NCBI GenBank assembly: GCA_964392625.1
Contig: CAYMQG010000104.1
Location: 1 to 61,333 of the forward strand
Length of the DNA: 61,333 nt
From: an uncultured Gammaproteobacteria bacterium
GTDB taxonomy: Bacteria > Pseudomonadota > Gammaproteobacteria > Steroidobacterales > Foliamicaceae
Direction of reading: 5' to 3'
The translations under genes and the position numbers were made by a program. The notes beneath the pieces are model-generated. The model was not told the DNA's origin, made no database searches, and saw only the letters and a list, made by a program, of their open reading frames with translations. Shown here piece after piece: positions 25,185 to 34,816 of this stretch. Numbering within the stretch: position 1 is the stretch's first letter; the number at the start of each line of letters is the position of its first letter.

Positions 25185-26537
25185 CTACAACGTAAATCGC
25201 GCGTCGAGGCTGCCGTTCAGCACCGCATCGATGATCTGCCGGCCCCTTTCCGCCCCGATCACAGGCGTCATGTATTCGCGCGCCTTTGCCACGACCTGGC
25301 CGGTGCTCATCGGCCTGTCGATGTCGCCGGTAACGGATTCGACCCGGTAACTCCGTGAGCGCCCGCCCGCGCGCACGCGCAGGACGGCGCTGCGGCCGCG
25401 GATATCCGGGCTGACCGACACCTGGATTTTGCTCTCCAGGTCACGCTGCTCTTCGTTATCCAGCGCTTCGGGCAGATAGGCATCGGGCGTCAGGCTTCCG
25501 GTTCGCAGTGCGTGCGCGAGACCGTACGTCAGGCTGAACTGGGCCTGTATCGGCGTGCGCGGACTCCGGTTGCCGCAATAGGTGACGGCTTCTTCGTAGG
25601 TCTCAAGTTCGATGGCGTCGATTTCGCCGGGGTCGGCGCCGGGATTGTCCCGTCGCCACAACTCGGCGCAGGCCACGCCGTAGTGCACGTGGCGCACCGC
25701 GGCATAGGGTTTGAGGTACCCCTCAAGGATGTAGAAATCTTCCGTCGCTTCGAGCGAAGAGGCGTCCGTTCGTTCGGCGTCGAAGTTCAACGCGCTCGCG
25801 GCATCGAACGCGCCCATCGGCGCGGTGATGCCCGCGATTGCCGATTTTGCATAGGAGATTCCCATGGCCGCGGCGTGGGCTGCGTAGGTGTTGCGCGCGG
25901 TGCAGCCTTCGGCGACCGGCAGGTACAGAGTACAGGGCATCTGACAGGCGGCCATTGCCAGGGCATGCCGCGTCGTCTCGATGTTTGCTTCAAGCAACCG
26001 CGAGGCGGCCGCCGTGCTCGCAAGCGATCCCCAGCCGCCGTCCACATGCATGCCCCGGCGGATCCGCAGCGCTTCGCCGAAACGCCCGCCGATCTCGTAA
26101 CCGGCCACGATGGCTTGCAGGACCTCGCCGAGGGTTGACCTCAGCGCGCTTCCCAGTGTGCCGGCGGAAGCCACCGCGTGCAGGCCCGGACGCCCGTGGG
26201 CCCTGGCGAGTCCTTCACAAGCCTCGTCCCAGCAGGCGGCCAGCGCAATAAGGAAAGCGGCTTCCGATGGGGCCAGGCCCTGTTCGGTTCCAGGCAGGCG
26301 AACCGGGCCGGGCGCAATCCGGGCCAGTTCGGCCGCCAGCCTCGCCGGTTCCGGCTTTCCCAGCCCCGAAACCGCACAGGCCAGCGTGTCGAGAAGCAGC
26401 AGCCGGGCCTTCTTCTCAACCTCCGGCGTTTCGGCAAGCTGAAAGCCGGCCAGCCACTCCAGCATCGGCCCGGTCCGAATCATCGGCGCCTGCCCTGAAT
26501 CCGGGGCCGTGCCGTTGTTCTCGTTGTTCGGGGCCAT
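25185..26537 (-). CDS. MmgE/PrpD-family protein (2-methylcitrate-dehydratase fold)
   Basis: 450 aa. Carries LLLLDTLACAVSG, and its length and overall pattern are typical of MmgE/PrpD proteins. Confidence 0.65.
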   Translation of the reverse strand: MAPNNENNGTAPDSGQAPMIRTGPMLEWLAGFQLAETPEVEKKARLLLLDTLACAVSGLGKPEPARLAAELARIAPGPVRLPGTEQGLAPSEAAFLIALAACWDEACEGLARAHGRPGLHAVASAGTLGSALRSTLGEVLQAIVAGYEIGGRFGEALRIRRGMHVDGGWGSLASTAAASRLLEANIETTRHALAMAACQMPCTLYLPVAEGCTARNTYAAHAAAMGISYAKSAIAGITAPMGAFDAASALNFDAERTDASSLEATEDFYILEGYLKPYAAVRHVHYGVACAELWRRDNPGADPGEIDAIELETYEEAVTYCGNRSPRTPIQAQFSLTYGLAHALRTGSLTPDAYLPEALDNEEQRDLESKIQVSVSPDIRGRSAVLRVRAGGRSRSYRVESVTGDIDRPMSTGQVVAKAREYMTPVIGAERGRQIIDAVLNGSLDARFTL

Positions 26538-26558
26538 TGGCGTATTCGCTGTCCCCGT

Positions 26559-27536
26559 TCAGACGTGGTGGCAGGCCACCCGCGCCCCGTTCTCGCGGGT
26601 CTTGAGAATCGGCTCGCGCTTGATGCAGTAGTTGGTGGCGATCGGGCAGCGGGTCCGGAACACGCATCCGGACGGCGGTTCGGTGGGAGAGGGCAGGTCG
26701 CCCTTGAGAATAACCCTCCTGGCGTCATCCTGCGACTCGAGGTCGGGGACGGGAATGGCGCTCAGCAACGCCTGCGAATAGGGGTGGGTCGGTGAGTCGA
26801 ACAGCGTGTCCCGGTCCGCGATCTCCACGAAACGGCCCAGGTACATGACGATGATTCTGGTGCAGACGATACGGACCACCGACAGATCGTGGCTGATGAA
26901 GATGATGGAGATCCCGTGTTTCCTCTGGAGGTCCTTGAGCAGGTTGATGGTCTGCGTGCGGGTCGATACGTCCAGCGCGCTGACCGGTTCGTCGCAGATC
27001 ACCAGCTTCGGTCGGAGGATCATGGCCCTGGCGATGCTGACCCGCTGGCATTGACCGCCGCTGAACTCGTGGGGATAGCGGTTCAGGTACTCGCGGTTCA
27101 GGCCCACGTCGCGCATCGTTTCTACAACGGCGGCATTGATGTCCTCGCGGCCCATTTCCGGATGAAAGCGCCGCAGGGGCTCGGCGATGATGCTGCCTAT
27201 GGTCATGCGCGGGTTGAGGCTGGAAAGGGGGTCTTGAAAGACCACGCCCAGGTCCCTGCGCTTCTCGTTCATCGCCTTGCGGCCGATCCGTGTGAGGTCT
27301 TCTCCCTGCCAGACGATGCGCCCGCCGGTGGCCTCGATCAGCTGCAGTATGGCCCGCGCCAGCGTGGATTTGCCGCAGCCCGATTCGCCCACGATACCCA
27401 CGGTTTCGCCTTCCGCGACGGTGAACGAAACGTCGTCCACGGCCTTGAGCGGCACGTAGCGGCGCCGGAGGCCGCCCGGCGTCCGCGAAGGGAAATACAC
27501 CTTGAGGTTTTCGACCCTGAGAAGCGTGTTGCTCAT
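26559..27536 (-). CDS. Peptide/nickel-type ABC transporter ATP-binding protein (DppF/OppF-like)
   Basis: Walker A GIVGESGCGKSTL, signature FSGGQCQRVSIARA, and a C-terminal oligopeptide-type extension. The start overlaps the upstream stop (ATGA). Confidence 0.85.
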   Translation of the reverse strand: MSNTLLRVENLKVYFPSRTPGGLRRRYVPLKAVDDVSFTVAEGETVGIVGESGCGKSTLARAILQLIEATGGRIVWQGEDLTRIGRKAMNEKRRDLGVVFQDPLSSLNPRMTIGSIIAEPLRRFHPEMGREDINAAVVETMRDVGLNREYLNRYPHEFSGGQCQRVSIARAMILRPKLVICDEPVSALDVSTRTQTINLLKDLQRKHGISIIFISHDLSVVRIVCTRIIVMYLGRFVEIADRDTLFDSPTHPYSQALLSAIPVPDLESQDDARRVILKGDLPSPTEPPSGCVFRTRCPIATNYCIKREPILKTRENGARVACHHV

Positions 27537-28492
27537 GGCGGAAGGTCCAGGTGGCAGGCCTTCAGGTGTTTCCGCCCGCGCAGTTCGGGCGTTTCCCGCC
27601 GGCAGCGGTCCACTACGTGGGCGCAGCGTGGGGCGAAACTGCATCCTCCGGGCAGGCCGGTGTTTGTCGGTGGTTGCCCGCCGATGACCGGCAAGCGCTT
27701 GTCGGGGTCCCAGTCCGGGCGCGGCACGGCCGCCAGCAGCGCCCGGGTGTACGGATGCTGCGGGCGCATGTATATGTCCTCGATCGAGCCCTGCTCGACG
27801 ACTCGCCCGGCGTACATGACGATGACGCGATTGCAGAGCCCGGCGACCACGCCGAGATCATGGGTGATGATCACGATGGTCGTGCGTTTCTTCAGCGATT
27901 TGAAGAAGTCCAGGATCTGCGCCTGAATCGTGAGGTCCAGCGCCGTTGTCGGCTCGTCCGCGATCAACAGGTCGGGGCTGCACAACAGCGCCTGGGCGAT
28001 CATCACGCGCTGGCGCTGCCCGCCCGACAACTGGTGCGGATACATTTCGAACCGGCGCTTCGGCTGGGGTATCTGGACGATCTCCAGGACCTCCATCACC
28101 CGCGCACGGACTTCCTCCCGGCTCATGTTCGTGTGTTCCTGCAGGACCTCGCACAGTTGCCGGCCGACCCGCATGAAGGGCGTCAGCGCGCTCATCGGGT
28201 CCTGGAAGATCATGGCCACCTTTGACCCCCGTATCCGGTTGAGCCGGTCCGGAGGCGCATTGAGGATTTCCTTCTGCCTGAAGCGCACCCTGCCGCTGCT
28301 GACGCCGTTGTCGGCAAGCAGGCCCAGCACGGCCATTGCGGTCTGCGATTTTCCGGAGCCCGATTCGCCCACGATGCCGACGCAATCTCCCTTGTGGATC
28401 TCGAAATCCACGCCGTTTACGGCGAAGACCTCGCCGTCCTGCGTCGTAAAGCGCACATGCAGGTTCTCGCAATGCAAAAGCGGCGCGTTCAA
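27533..28492 (-). CDS. Peptide/nickel-type ABC transporter ATP-binding protein (DppD/OppD-like)
   Basis: Walker A GIVGESGSGKSQT and signature LSGGQRQRVMIAQA. TTG 28492 overlaps the permease stop. Confidence 0.8.
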   Translation of the reverse strand: MNAPLLHCENLHVRFTTQDGEVFAVNGVDFEIHKGDCVGIVGESGSGKSQTAMAVLGLLADNGVSSGRVRFRQKEILNAPPDRLNRIRGSKVAMIFQDPMSALTPFMRVGRQLCEVLQEHTNMSREEVRARVMEVLEIVQIPQPKRRFEMYPHQLSGGQRQRVMIAQALLCSPDLLIADEPTTALDLTIQAQILDFFKSLKKRTTIVIITHDLGVVAGLCNRVIVMYAGRVVEQGSIEDIYMRPQHPYTRALLAAVPRPDWDPDKRLPVIGGQPPTNTGLPGGCSFAPRCAHVVDRCRRETPELRGRKHLKACHLDLPP

Positions 28493-29403
28493 CGGTGGTG
28501 GTCCTTCGGGTCGAGCGAGTCGCGCAGGCCGTCGCCGATGAAATTGAAGCAGAACAGCGTGATGACGAGGAAGGCCGCGGGAATGATGAGCAGCCATGGA
28601 GCGGTGCCGATCTCGTCCGCGCCCTGGGAAATCAGTCGCCCCCAGCTCGTAAAGGGCTCCTGCACCCCGAGGCCGAGAAAACTCAGGTAGCTCTCCACGA
28701 TGATATTGATGGGGATCAGCAACGTGACATAGACGATCACCGGCCCGATCACGTTGGGGATGATGTACTTCAGCAATATCGTGGGCGTCGACAGGCCGGC
28801 CGCCAGCGCGGACTCCACGTACTCCTTTTCCCTGATCGAGAGCGTCTGCCCGCGCACGATACGCGCCAGCGTCAGCCATTCCACGGCGCCTATGCAGATG
28901 AAGATCAGCAGGAAATTGTTGCCGAAGATCGTCACCAGGATGATGACGAAGAACAGCGTGGGCAGCGAATACAGCACGTCCACCACGCGCATCATCACGT
29001 CGCCCACGGCCCCGCCCCGGTAACCGGCGATGGCGCCGTAGAGCACGCCGATGATCAGCGCCACCAGCGTGGTCAGCACCCCGATGGTCAGCGAGATCCG
29101 GGCGCCGTAGAACGTGCGGGAGAACATGTCGCGACCGTTCACGTCGGTGCCGAACCAGAGGATGTTCTCGGTGGTGGGCGGCGACTGGATGTAGTCCCAG
29201 TTCACTTCATCCAGTCTGTTCGGCCAGAATTCGGGGACCAGTGCGGCCAGCACCGTGATCGCGCCCAGTACCCAGAGGCTCGCCATGGCCGCGCGGTGGC
29301 GGCGGAAGCGGGCCATGGCGTCCTTCCACAGCGAGCGGCCCTGCAGGGCGCCCACGCCGCCGCCGTTTCCCGCCGGCAAGCCCAGTGCCGCCGGCCCGCT
29401 CAT
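28489..29403 (-). CDS. ABC transporter permease (DppC/OppC-like)
   Basis: Six hydrophobic segments and the EAA-like loop YVESALAAGLSTPTILLKYIIPN. ATG 29403 overlaps the upstream stop. Confidence 0.8.
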   Translation of the reverse strand: MSGPAALGLPAGNGGGVGALQGRSLWKDAMARFRRHRAAMASLWVLGAITVLAALVPEFWPNRLDEVNWDYIQSPPTTENILWFGTDVNGRDMFSRTFYGARISLTIGVLTTLVALIIGVLYGAIAGYRGGAVGDVMMRVVDVLYSLPTLFFVIILVTIFGNNFLLIFICIGAVEWLTLARIVRGQTLSIREKEYVESALAAGLSTPTILLKYIIPNVIGPVIVYVTLLIPINIIVESYLSFLGLGVQEPFTSWGRLISQGADEIGTAPWLLIIPAAFLVITLFCFNFIGDGLRDSLDPKDHHR

Positions 29404-30362
29404 CGGGGACGGACCCTCGGGTCCAGGTAGCCGTAGATGATGTCGGCCAGCAGGTTGAGCAGGATGATCAGCGTTGCGTAGACGATGACGATGCCCAGGA
29501 TCAGGGAATAGTCGCGGTTCAGTGCGCCCTCGACGAAGGCGCGCCCGATGCCGGGCAGGCCGAAGATCGTCTCGATCACCACCGAGCCGGTCATCGCGCC
29601 GGCGATCGCCGGCCCCAGGTAGCTGACGACCGGCATGCAGGCCGGCCGCAATACGTGTCGGATGATGATTTTCGACTCGGGCAGGCCCTTGGCCCGCGCC
29701 GTGCGCACGTACTGGGCGTTCAGCGACTCGAGCATGGAACCCCGGGTGATGCGCGCGATGCCCGCGATGGAGGGCAGCGCCAATGCGCACACGGGAAGGA
29801 CGATGTGCGCGAATTGCCCGCCGTTCCAGCCGGAAATGGGCAGCCAGCCCAGGTACAGGCCGAAAAACAGCGTGAGCAGCGGCGCCGTGACGAAGGTGGG
29901 GATCGCCACTCCGGTCATTGCGATCGCCATGACGGTGAAATCGGCCGCGGTGTTCTTCCGCAAGGCGGCGACGATGCCGCTCAGCATTCCGAAAAACAGC
30001 CCCACGGCGATGGCCGTCAGCCCGAGCTGCGCGCTGACCGGCAGGCCTTCGGCGATCAGTTCGGCGACGTTCTTGTCGCGGTAGACCAGCGACGGTCCCA
30101 GGTCGCCCTGCGCGAGCCGCCCCAGGTAGTTTGCGTATTGCTCGAACAGCGGCTTGTCCAGGTCATAGGCCTTGCGCAGGTTCTCGATCAGCAGGGGGTC
30201 TAGGTCCGGAACGAGGTCGAAGGGCCCGCCGGGAGCGGCGCGCATCAGAAAAAACGAGGCGGTGATGATGACGAAAAGTGTGGGGATGGCGACCAGAAGC
30301 CGCCTCAATGCGTAGTTCAGCACTTTCCTGTCCGCCCGGCTCCCGGTCCCGTTGTCCCGCAT
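29400..30362 (-). CDS. ABC transporter permease (DppB/OppB-like)
   Basis: Reads LNYALRRLLVAIPTLFVIITASFFLMRAAPGGPFD and YVRTARAKGLPESKIIIRHVLR. The start is uncertain: ATG 30362 or GTG 30323. Confidence 0.75.
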   Translation of the reverse strand: MRDNGTGSRADRKVLNYALRRLLVAIPTLFVIITASFFLMRAAPGGPFDLVPDLDPLLIENLRKAYDLDKPLFEQYANYLGRLAQGDLGPSLVYRDKNVAELIAEGLPVSAQLGLTAIAVGLFFGMLSGIVAALRKNTAADFTVMAIAMTGVAIPTFVTAPLLTLFFGLYLGWLPISGWNGGQFAHIVLPVCALALPSIAGIARITRGSMLESLNAQYVRTARAKGLPESKIIIRHVLRPACMPVVSYLGPAIAGAMTGSVVIETIFGLPGIGRAFVEGALNRDYSLILGIVIVYATLIILLNLLADIIYGYLDPRVRPR

Positions 30363-30411
30363 CCGTTTGCCGTGAAATAATCCACTGGAATCCGACCCGG
30401 GAACGCTCCAG

Positions 30412-31935
30412 ATGAAAGATAACGGTAAATCGAAACCGGCGCTGCCGCAAGGGATTGCCGTGCCGAAGCGCGTGCAGTGCTTCATCGACGGAAAACGTGT
30501 CGCCGGCACGGGCGTTGAAATTCCGGTCATCTATCCGGCCACCGAGGCGGTCATCGGCACGCTCGAGGAGGCGGCCGCAACGGAAGTCGACGCGGCGGTC
30601 GCGGCGGCCCGCGAGGCCTTTGACCACGGGCCCTGGCCCGAAATGGACATTCCCGAGCGCAAGGCAGTGTTGCTGTCGATACGAGCGCGCCTGCTGGAGA
30701 ATGCGGAGGAGCTTGCCGTCCTGGAGTGTCTCGACACGGGCGTCCCCATCCGCACGATCCGGGGAAGGAAGATCAAGCGGCTGACCGACAATTTCGAGCT
30801 CTTTGCCGAGAGCCTGAGCATGATGGCCGGCGAGACCTACCAGCAGGACAAGCAGTTCCTGACCATGGTGACCCACGAGCCGGTGGGCGTCGCCGCCCTG
30901 ATCGCGCCTTGGAACTCGCCATTGGGGCTGGCGACGGCAAAGCTGGCGCCCTGCATCGCCTACGGCAATACCTGCGTGCTCAAGCCGTCGGAGCACACGC
31001 CCATGGCGCTGGCCCGGATGGTGGAAATCCTGCATGAGGCGGGCTTGCCCAAAGGCGTCGTGAACCTGGTGAACGGCCGCGGCCCGGTGACCGGCGCCGC
31101 GCTGGTCGAGCACCCCGGGATCGACCTGGTCTCCTTTACCGGCGGCACCGAAACGGGCCGCTCGGTGATGTCGTCGGCCGCGGGAAACCTCGCCCCGGTG
31201 GCGCTGGAACTGGGCGGCAAGTCGGCCAACATCATCACCGAGACGGCGGACTTCGAGCAGGCCCTGGATGGCGCCCTGCTGGCGATCTATTCCAACAACG
31301 GCCAGCAATGCCTGGCGGGTTCGCGCATCCTGGTGCAACGCTCCATCGCCGACCGTTTCATCGAACGGTTCGTGGAGAGGGCCCGGCAGATCCGGATCGG
31401 CGACCCCATGGACCCCGATTGCGAAATGGGGCCGCTGGCGTTTAGGGAGCACCTGGAGAAGGTGCTTTCCTACGTGGACATCGCGCGGGGCGAGGGGGCC
31501 GAGTTGCTGGTGGGAGGGAAGCGCGCCGAAGGATTCGAGGCCGGTTATTACTTCGAACCCACGGCGGTGCTGGCGCCCTCGAACGGCTTGCGCGTCTGCC
31601 AGGAGGAGATTTTCGGGCCCTTTGCCGCGATTCAGGTCTATGACGGCCTGGACGAGGCCATCGCCATCGCCAACGACACGGAATTCGGACTCGTGGCCTA
31701 CGTGTGGTCGGAAGACCTGCACACGATTACCCGTGTGACGCAGGCGCTGCGCGCGGGGACCGTCTGGGTCAACACGCCGCTGGTCCGGGAAGTCCGCGCT
31801 CCGTTCGGGGGCTACAAGTCCTCGGGTGTCGGCCGCGACGGCGTACGCGACTGCCTGGACTTCTTCACCGAGCAGAAAACCACCCAGATTCCCATCAATA
31901 AACTCTCGCTGGCCAAGCTGGGCGCGGGTTCCTGA
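30412..31935 (+). CDS. NAD(P)-dependent aldehyde dehydrogenase
   Basis: Carries LELGGKSANII and the catalytic-Cys region NNGQQCLAGSRILV. 507 aa. Confidence 0.85.
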   Translation: MKDNGKSKPALPQGIAVPKRVQCFIDGKRVAGTGVEIPVIYPATEAVIGTLEEAAATEVDAAVAAAREAFDHGPWPEMDIPERKAVLLSIRARLLENAEELAVLECLDTGVPIRTIRGRKIKRLTDNFELFAESLSMMAGETYQQDKQFLTMVTHEPVGVAALIAPWNSPLGLATAKLAPCIAYGNTCVLKPSEHTPMALARMVEILHEAGLPKGVVNLVNGRGPVTGAALVEHPGIDLVSFTGGTETGRSVMSSAAGNLAPVALELGGKSANIITETADFEQALDGALLAIYSNNGQQCLAGSRILVQRSIADRFIERFVERARQIRIGDPMDPDCEMGPLAFREHLEKVLSYVDIARGEGAELLVGGKRAEGFEAGYYFEPTAVLAPSNGLRVCQEEIFGPFAAIQVYDGLDEAIAIANDTEFGLVAYVWSEDLHTITRVTQALRAGTVWVNTPLVREVRAPFGGYKSSGVGRDGVRDCLDFFTEQKTTQIPINKLSLAKLGAGS

Positions 31936-31978
31936 CAGCCGAATCCGATCGCGGGCCCTGCCCCTATAATCAGGAATC

Positions 31979-33106
31979 ATGAAGAAACCGGGGCCCCACG
32001 CCATGCTGCCCGAGATGTCTCAGGAGGAGCAATCGAGGCTGAGCTTTTTCGTGTCGTTGAGCGGGGCCGCCCGCAAGGTCCTCAAGCCCGGCAACGAACT
32101 GATCTACGAGCGCGACGCCAGGCCGTCGTTCGTCGCCGAGCACGGACGCGAGCCGGCCACCGTCGAGGAAGTGCGGGACGTGATGGAGAAGCAGGAGTTC
32201 TACCAGATGTGGACCGCACTTTCCCGCTCCCAGCAGGAGCAGTACGTGGACTGCACCGGCAGCATCGTCGAACGCCAGTTGCCCGACCTGGTGCGCCGGT
32301 TCCGCGAGATTTCCGGCGAAGCGAAACTGGGCAGCCTGGAGCTGGACCCGGAGCTCGACATCCCCTACTACCAGAAGGAGTCCCACCAGCACTGCGTTCC
32401 CCTTTCGTACTACGAGGAGCTGGGAGAGGACGACGTATATGCCGGCGCCCGGGCCGATATCGGCTCGTACGCGTACAGCCGCGGACTGCGCGGGCTCTAT
32501 AACGACGACAAGGGCCTGAGCGGGGCGAAGTTTCTCAAGAAGAATTTCCCCGACCTGGATCCGCGGAAAATACTGGACCTCGGCTGCATGTCGGGCAACA
32601 GCACCGTGCCCTACGTCGACGCCTTTCCGGATGCCGTCGTCCATGCCATCGATCTCGGAGCGCCGCAACTTCGCTATGCCCACGCCCGGGCGGAATCCAT
32701 GGGCAAACGGATCCACTTCTCGCAGCAGAACGCCGAAAGCATGAAGTTCGAGGACGGCAGTTTCGAACTGGTCGTCTCGCACATCCTGTTTCACGAGACG
32801 TCGCGTCAGGCGATTCTCAACATCCTGCGCGAAGTGAAGCGGGTCTTGAAGCCCGATGGCGTGTTCCTGCACGTGGAAGTGCCGGTGCGGCGCGAGACGC
32901 CTTTTGCGCAGTTCCTGGCCAACTGGGACAGCTGGTACAACAACGAACCGTTCTGGGGCATCCTGGCGCGGACCGATGTCAGGGCCCTGGCCGTGGAGGC
33001 GGGCTTTGACGAGGAGCGTATTTTCGACCGGCCGGTCTATTCGCAGGCGCCGGGCGGCGTGTTCCGGAAGGGCGACGGCTGGTGGGGGTTCGGCGCCCGC
33101 AACTAG
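31979..33106 (+). CDS. Class I SAM-dependent methyltransferase with a ~170-aa N-terminal extension
   Basis: Carries ILDLGCMSGNSTVP (motif I) and ...FELVVSHILFHETS...LKPDGVFLHVE. Confidence 0.65.
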   Translation: MKKPGPHAMLPEMSQEEQSRLSFFVSLSGAARKVLKPGNELIYERDARPSFVAEHGREPATVEEVRDVMEKQEFYQMWTALSRSQQEQYVDCTGSIVERQLPDLVRRFREISGEAKLGSLELDPELDIPYYQKESHQHCVPLSYYEELGEDDVYAGARADIGSYAYSRGLRGLYNDDKGLSGAKFLKKNFPDLDPRKILDLGCMSGNSTVPYVDAFPDAVVHAIDLGAPQLRYAHARAESMGKRIHFSQQNAESMKFEDGSFELVVSHILFHETSRQAILNILREVKRVLKPDGVFLHVEVPVRRETPFAQFLANWDSWYNNEPFWGILARTDVRALAVEAGFDEERIFDRPVYSQAPGGVFRKGDGWWGFGARN

Positions 33107-33153
33107 GGCCGGTCAACAGCCCCAGGCGCAACCGAGCAGCCGCAACGCGCTCC

Positions 33154-33522
33154 ATGGCTAACAAGGACGAATTCAAGCCGCGCCCAAGGGCGCCCAGGGG
33201 CGTGCGGCCGTTCGCACTGGGCGACCGGCACCTGGAACGCGTGCTGAGCATGCTGGTCGCGGTCGCGGCCGAAGTCTCCGTCGTCCACGACCGCTACGAC
33301 ACGCTGTCACGGATCCTTGCCGAGAAGGGCATGGTCAAACTGGAAGACCTGGAGAACTTCGTCCCCGACGACGACGTGGAGGCGCAGCGCGAAGCCTGGC
33401 GGCAGGCGTTTCTGGGGCGCATGTTGCGCATCCTCCAGGAGGACCTCCAGGAAGACTCGCTGGAGGAGCGCGAAGAGAACTACCGCAAGCTGCAGGAGAA
33501 GCTGGCCAGCCGCCCCGTATAA
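33154..33522 (+). CDS. Hypothetical small acidic helical protein
   Basis: 122 aa, from ATG 33154 after the methyltransferase stop. I recognised no motif. The coding call rests on ORF position and codon usage only. Confidence 0.35.
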   Translation: MANKDEFKPRPRAPRGVRPFALGDRHLERVLSMLVAVAAEVSVVHDRYDTLSRILAEKGMVKLEDLENFVPDDDVEAQREAWRQAFLGRMLRILQEDLQEDSLEEREENYRKLQEKLASRPV

Positions 33523-33526
33523 CCGT

Positions 33527-34669
33527 CTAGTCGTCGCGGCGGGGATAGGTCGTGGGAATGGGCTTTGCGATCCAGTTTTTCGGGTTTTCGCGACGCTGAG
33601 GGCAGGGGATCGCCAGCGCGTTGTAGCGGCCCTGCTTTTCCGCTTCGTCGATGTCGATCTCCCAGCCTCGTTTGGCCAGCTTGTAGATCAGCTTGCGGAA
33701 GGGCGCCTCGTTCTGGTCCGACGCGACCAGCAACTCGCCGGCCGTCGACCTTGGCAGGTAGCGGGGATTGACGTTCTGCGAAATGACCGTGTCTTCGGCC
33801 GCGGCCTTCTTCCGCCCCTCCAGCCGCTCTTCGTCGTGTTCGGGCCCGGTCAGGAAATTGCGCACCTGGTGGCTGAAGATGCGCGTATTGTCGGCGTCGA
33901 TCGGGGTGCGTGCGGCGAAGGTGATGTGCCGCACGCCGTTGCTGCGTTCGATGTCGATCAGGTGGGAAATCCCGACGATGCTGAACCAGGTAAGGGCCTT
34001 GTTGTTGCCGCGTTTCTCTTCAAGGACCGATTTGGTCATCTCGCTCAGGTTCTTGTACTCCGCCGGCGGCCGTTCACGGTAGGTGCTGCTGCCCCATTCG
34101 TGCGCCACCGGTTCCACCAGCATCAGCTTCGGGTCCCTCTTGCTGCCGAAACTGGTGTGCACGAACGAGGGATGGGCGCCGTCGATGGAGTTTTCCTCGC
34201 TGCGCGCCCAGTTGCACTGAACGTCGTAGTTGAGGTGCACGATGCCCCACTTCTCGCGGCTCGCCATCGCCTCGTCGTAGTACGGATAGTTGTCGGGAAT
34301 GGGCGGGCGCTTCTCTTCGGGCAGGTCGCCCAGAAACACCCAGATCCAGCCGTAGCGGATCACGACGGGGTAGCAGTCGACCCGTGCACGCCCGGGGATC
34401 TTCACATCGTCGCCCAGCGCCGGAATCCGCGTGCACCGTCCGCGGCTGTTGTATTCCCAGCCGTGATAGCTGCAGGCGATCCGCCCGTTGTTGACCCTGC
34501 CCAGGCCCAGCGACCCGCCCCGGTGGGAGCAGGTGTCGTTGACGCAGACGACTTCGTTTGCCTTGTTGCGGAACAGTGCGAACCAGAGGCCGAGCATCTT
34601 CACCCGGTAGGGTTTGCCGACTGTGACATCGTCCTCGACAGCGGCAACGTACCAGTTGTTGATCAACAT
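33527..34669 (-). CDS. Rieske non-haem-iron oxygenase, VanA/phthalate-family-like (paralog of 15231..16367)
   Basis: N-terminus MLINNWYVAAVEDDV, Rieske motif CSHRGGSLG...CSYHGWEY, and iron site ENSIDGAHPSFVH. It shares the C-terminal tail ...RRENPKNWIAKPIPTTYPRRDD with its paralog. Confidence 0.8.
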   Translation of the reverse strand: MLINNWYVAAVEDDVTVGKPYRVKMLGLWFALFRNKANEVVCVNDTCSHRGGSLGLGRVNNGRIACSYHGWEYNSRGRCTRIPALGDDVKIPGRARVDCYPVVIRYGWIWVFLGDLPEEKRPPIPDNYPYYDEAMASREKWGIVHLNYDVQCNWARSEENSIDGAHPSFVHTSFGSKRDPKLMLVEPVAHEWGSSTYRERPPAEYKNLSEMTKSVLEEKRGNNKALTWFSIVGISHLIDIERSNGVRHITFAARTPIDADNTRIFSHQVRNFLTGPEHDEERLEGRKKAAAEDTVISQNVNPRYLPRSTAGELLVASDQNEAPFRKLIYKLAKRGWEIDIDEAEKQGRYNALAIPCPQRRENPKNWIAKPIPTTYPRRDD

Positions 34670-34816
34670 GCACGTTCTCCTGGCGGGCGGTACCGGGCGT
34701 TCCGAATGCGCCGTTGCGGCGCGTTGTTATGATACACGGCACGGCCCGAAACACGGTCATATCAACGGTGGCTGACCCATTCAGAATACTTGGCGAACCT
34801 CGCCTGCCGGCGGGAT

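Noticed and set aside
30163-32004. A 613-aa minus-strand ORF opposite the aldehyde dehydrogenase gene.
   Set aside because: It is an antisense shadow. The plus-strand ALDH has intact catalytic motifs, and the minus ORF would also overlap the dppB 5' end.
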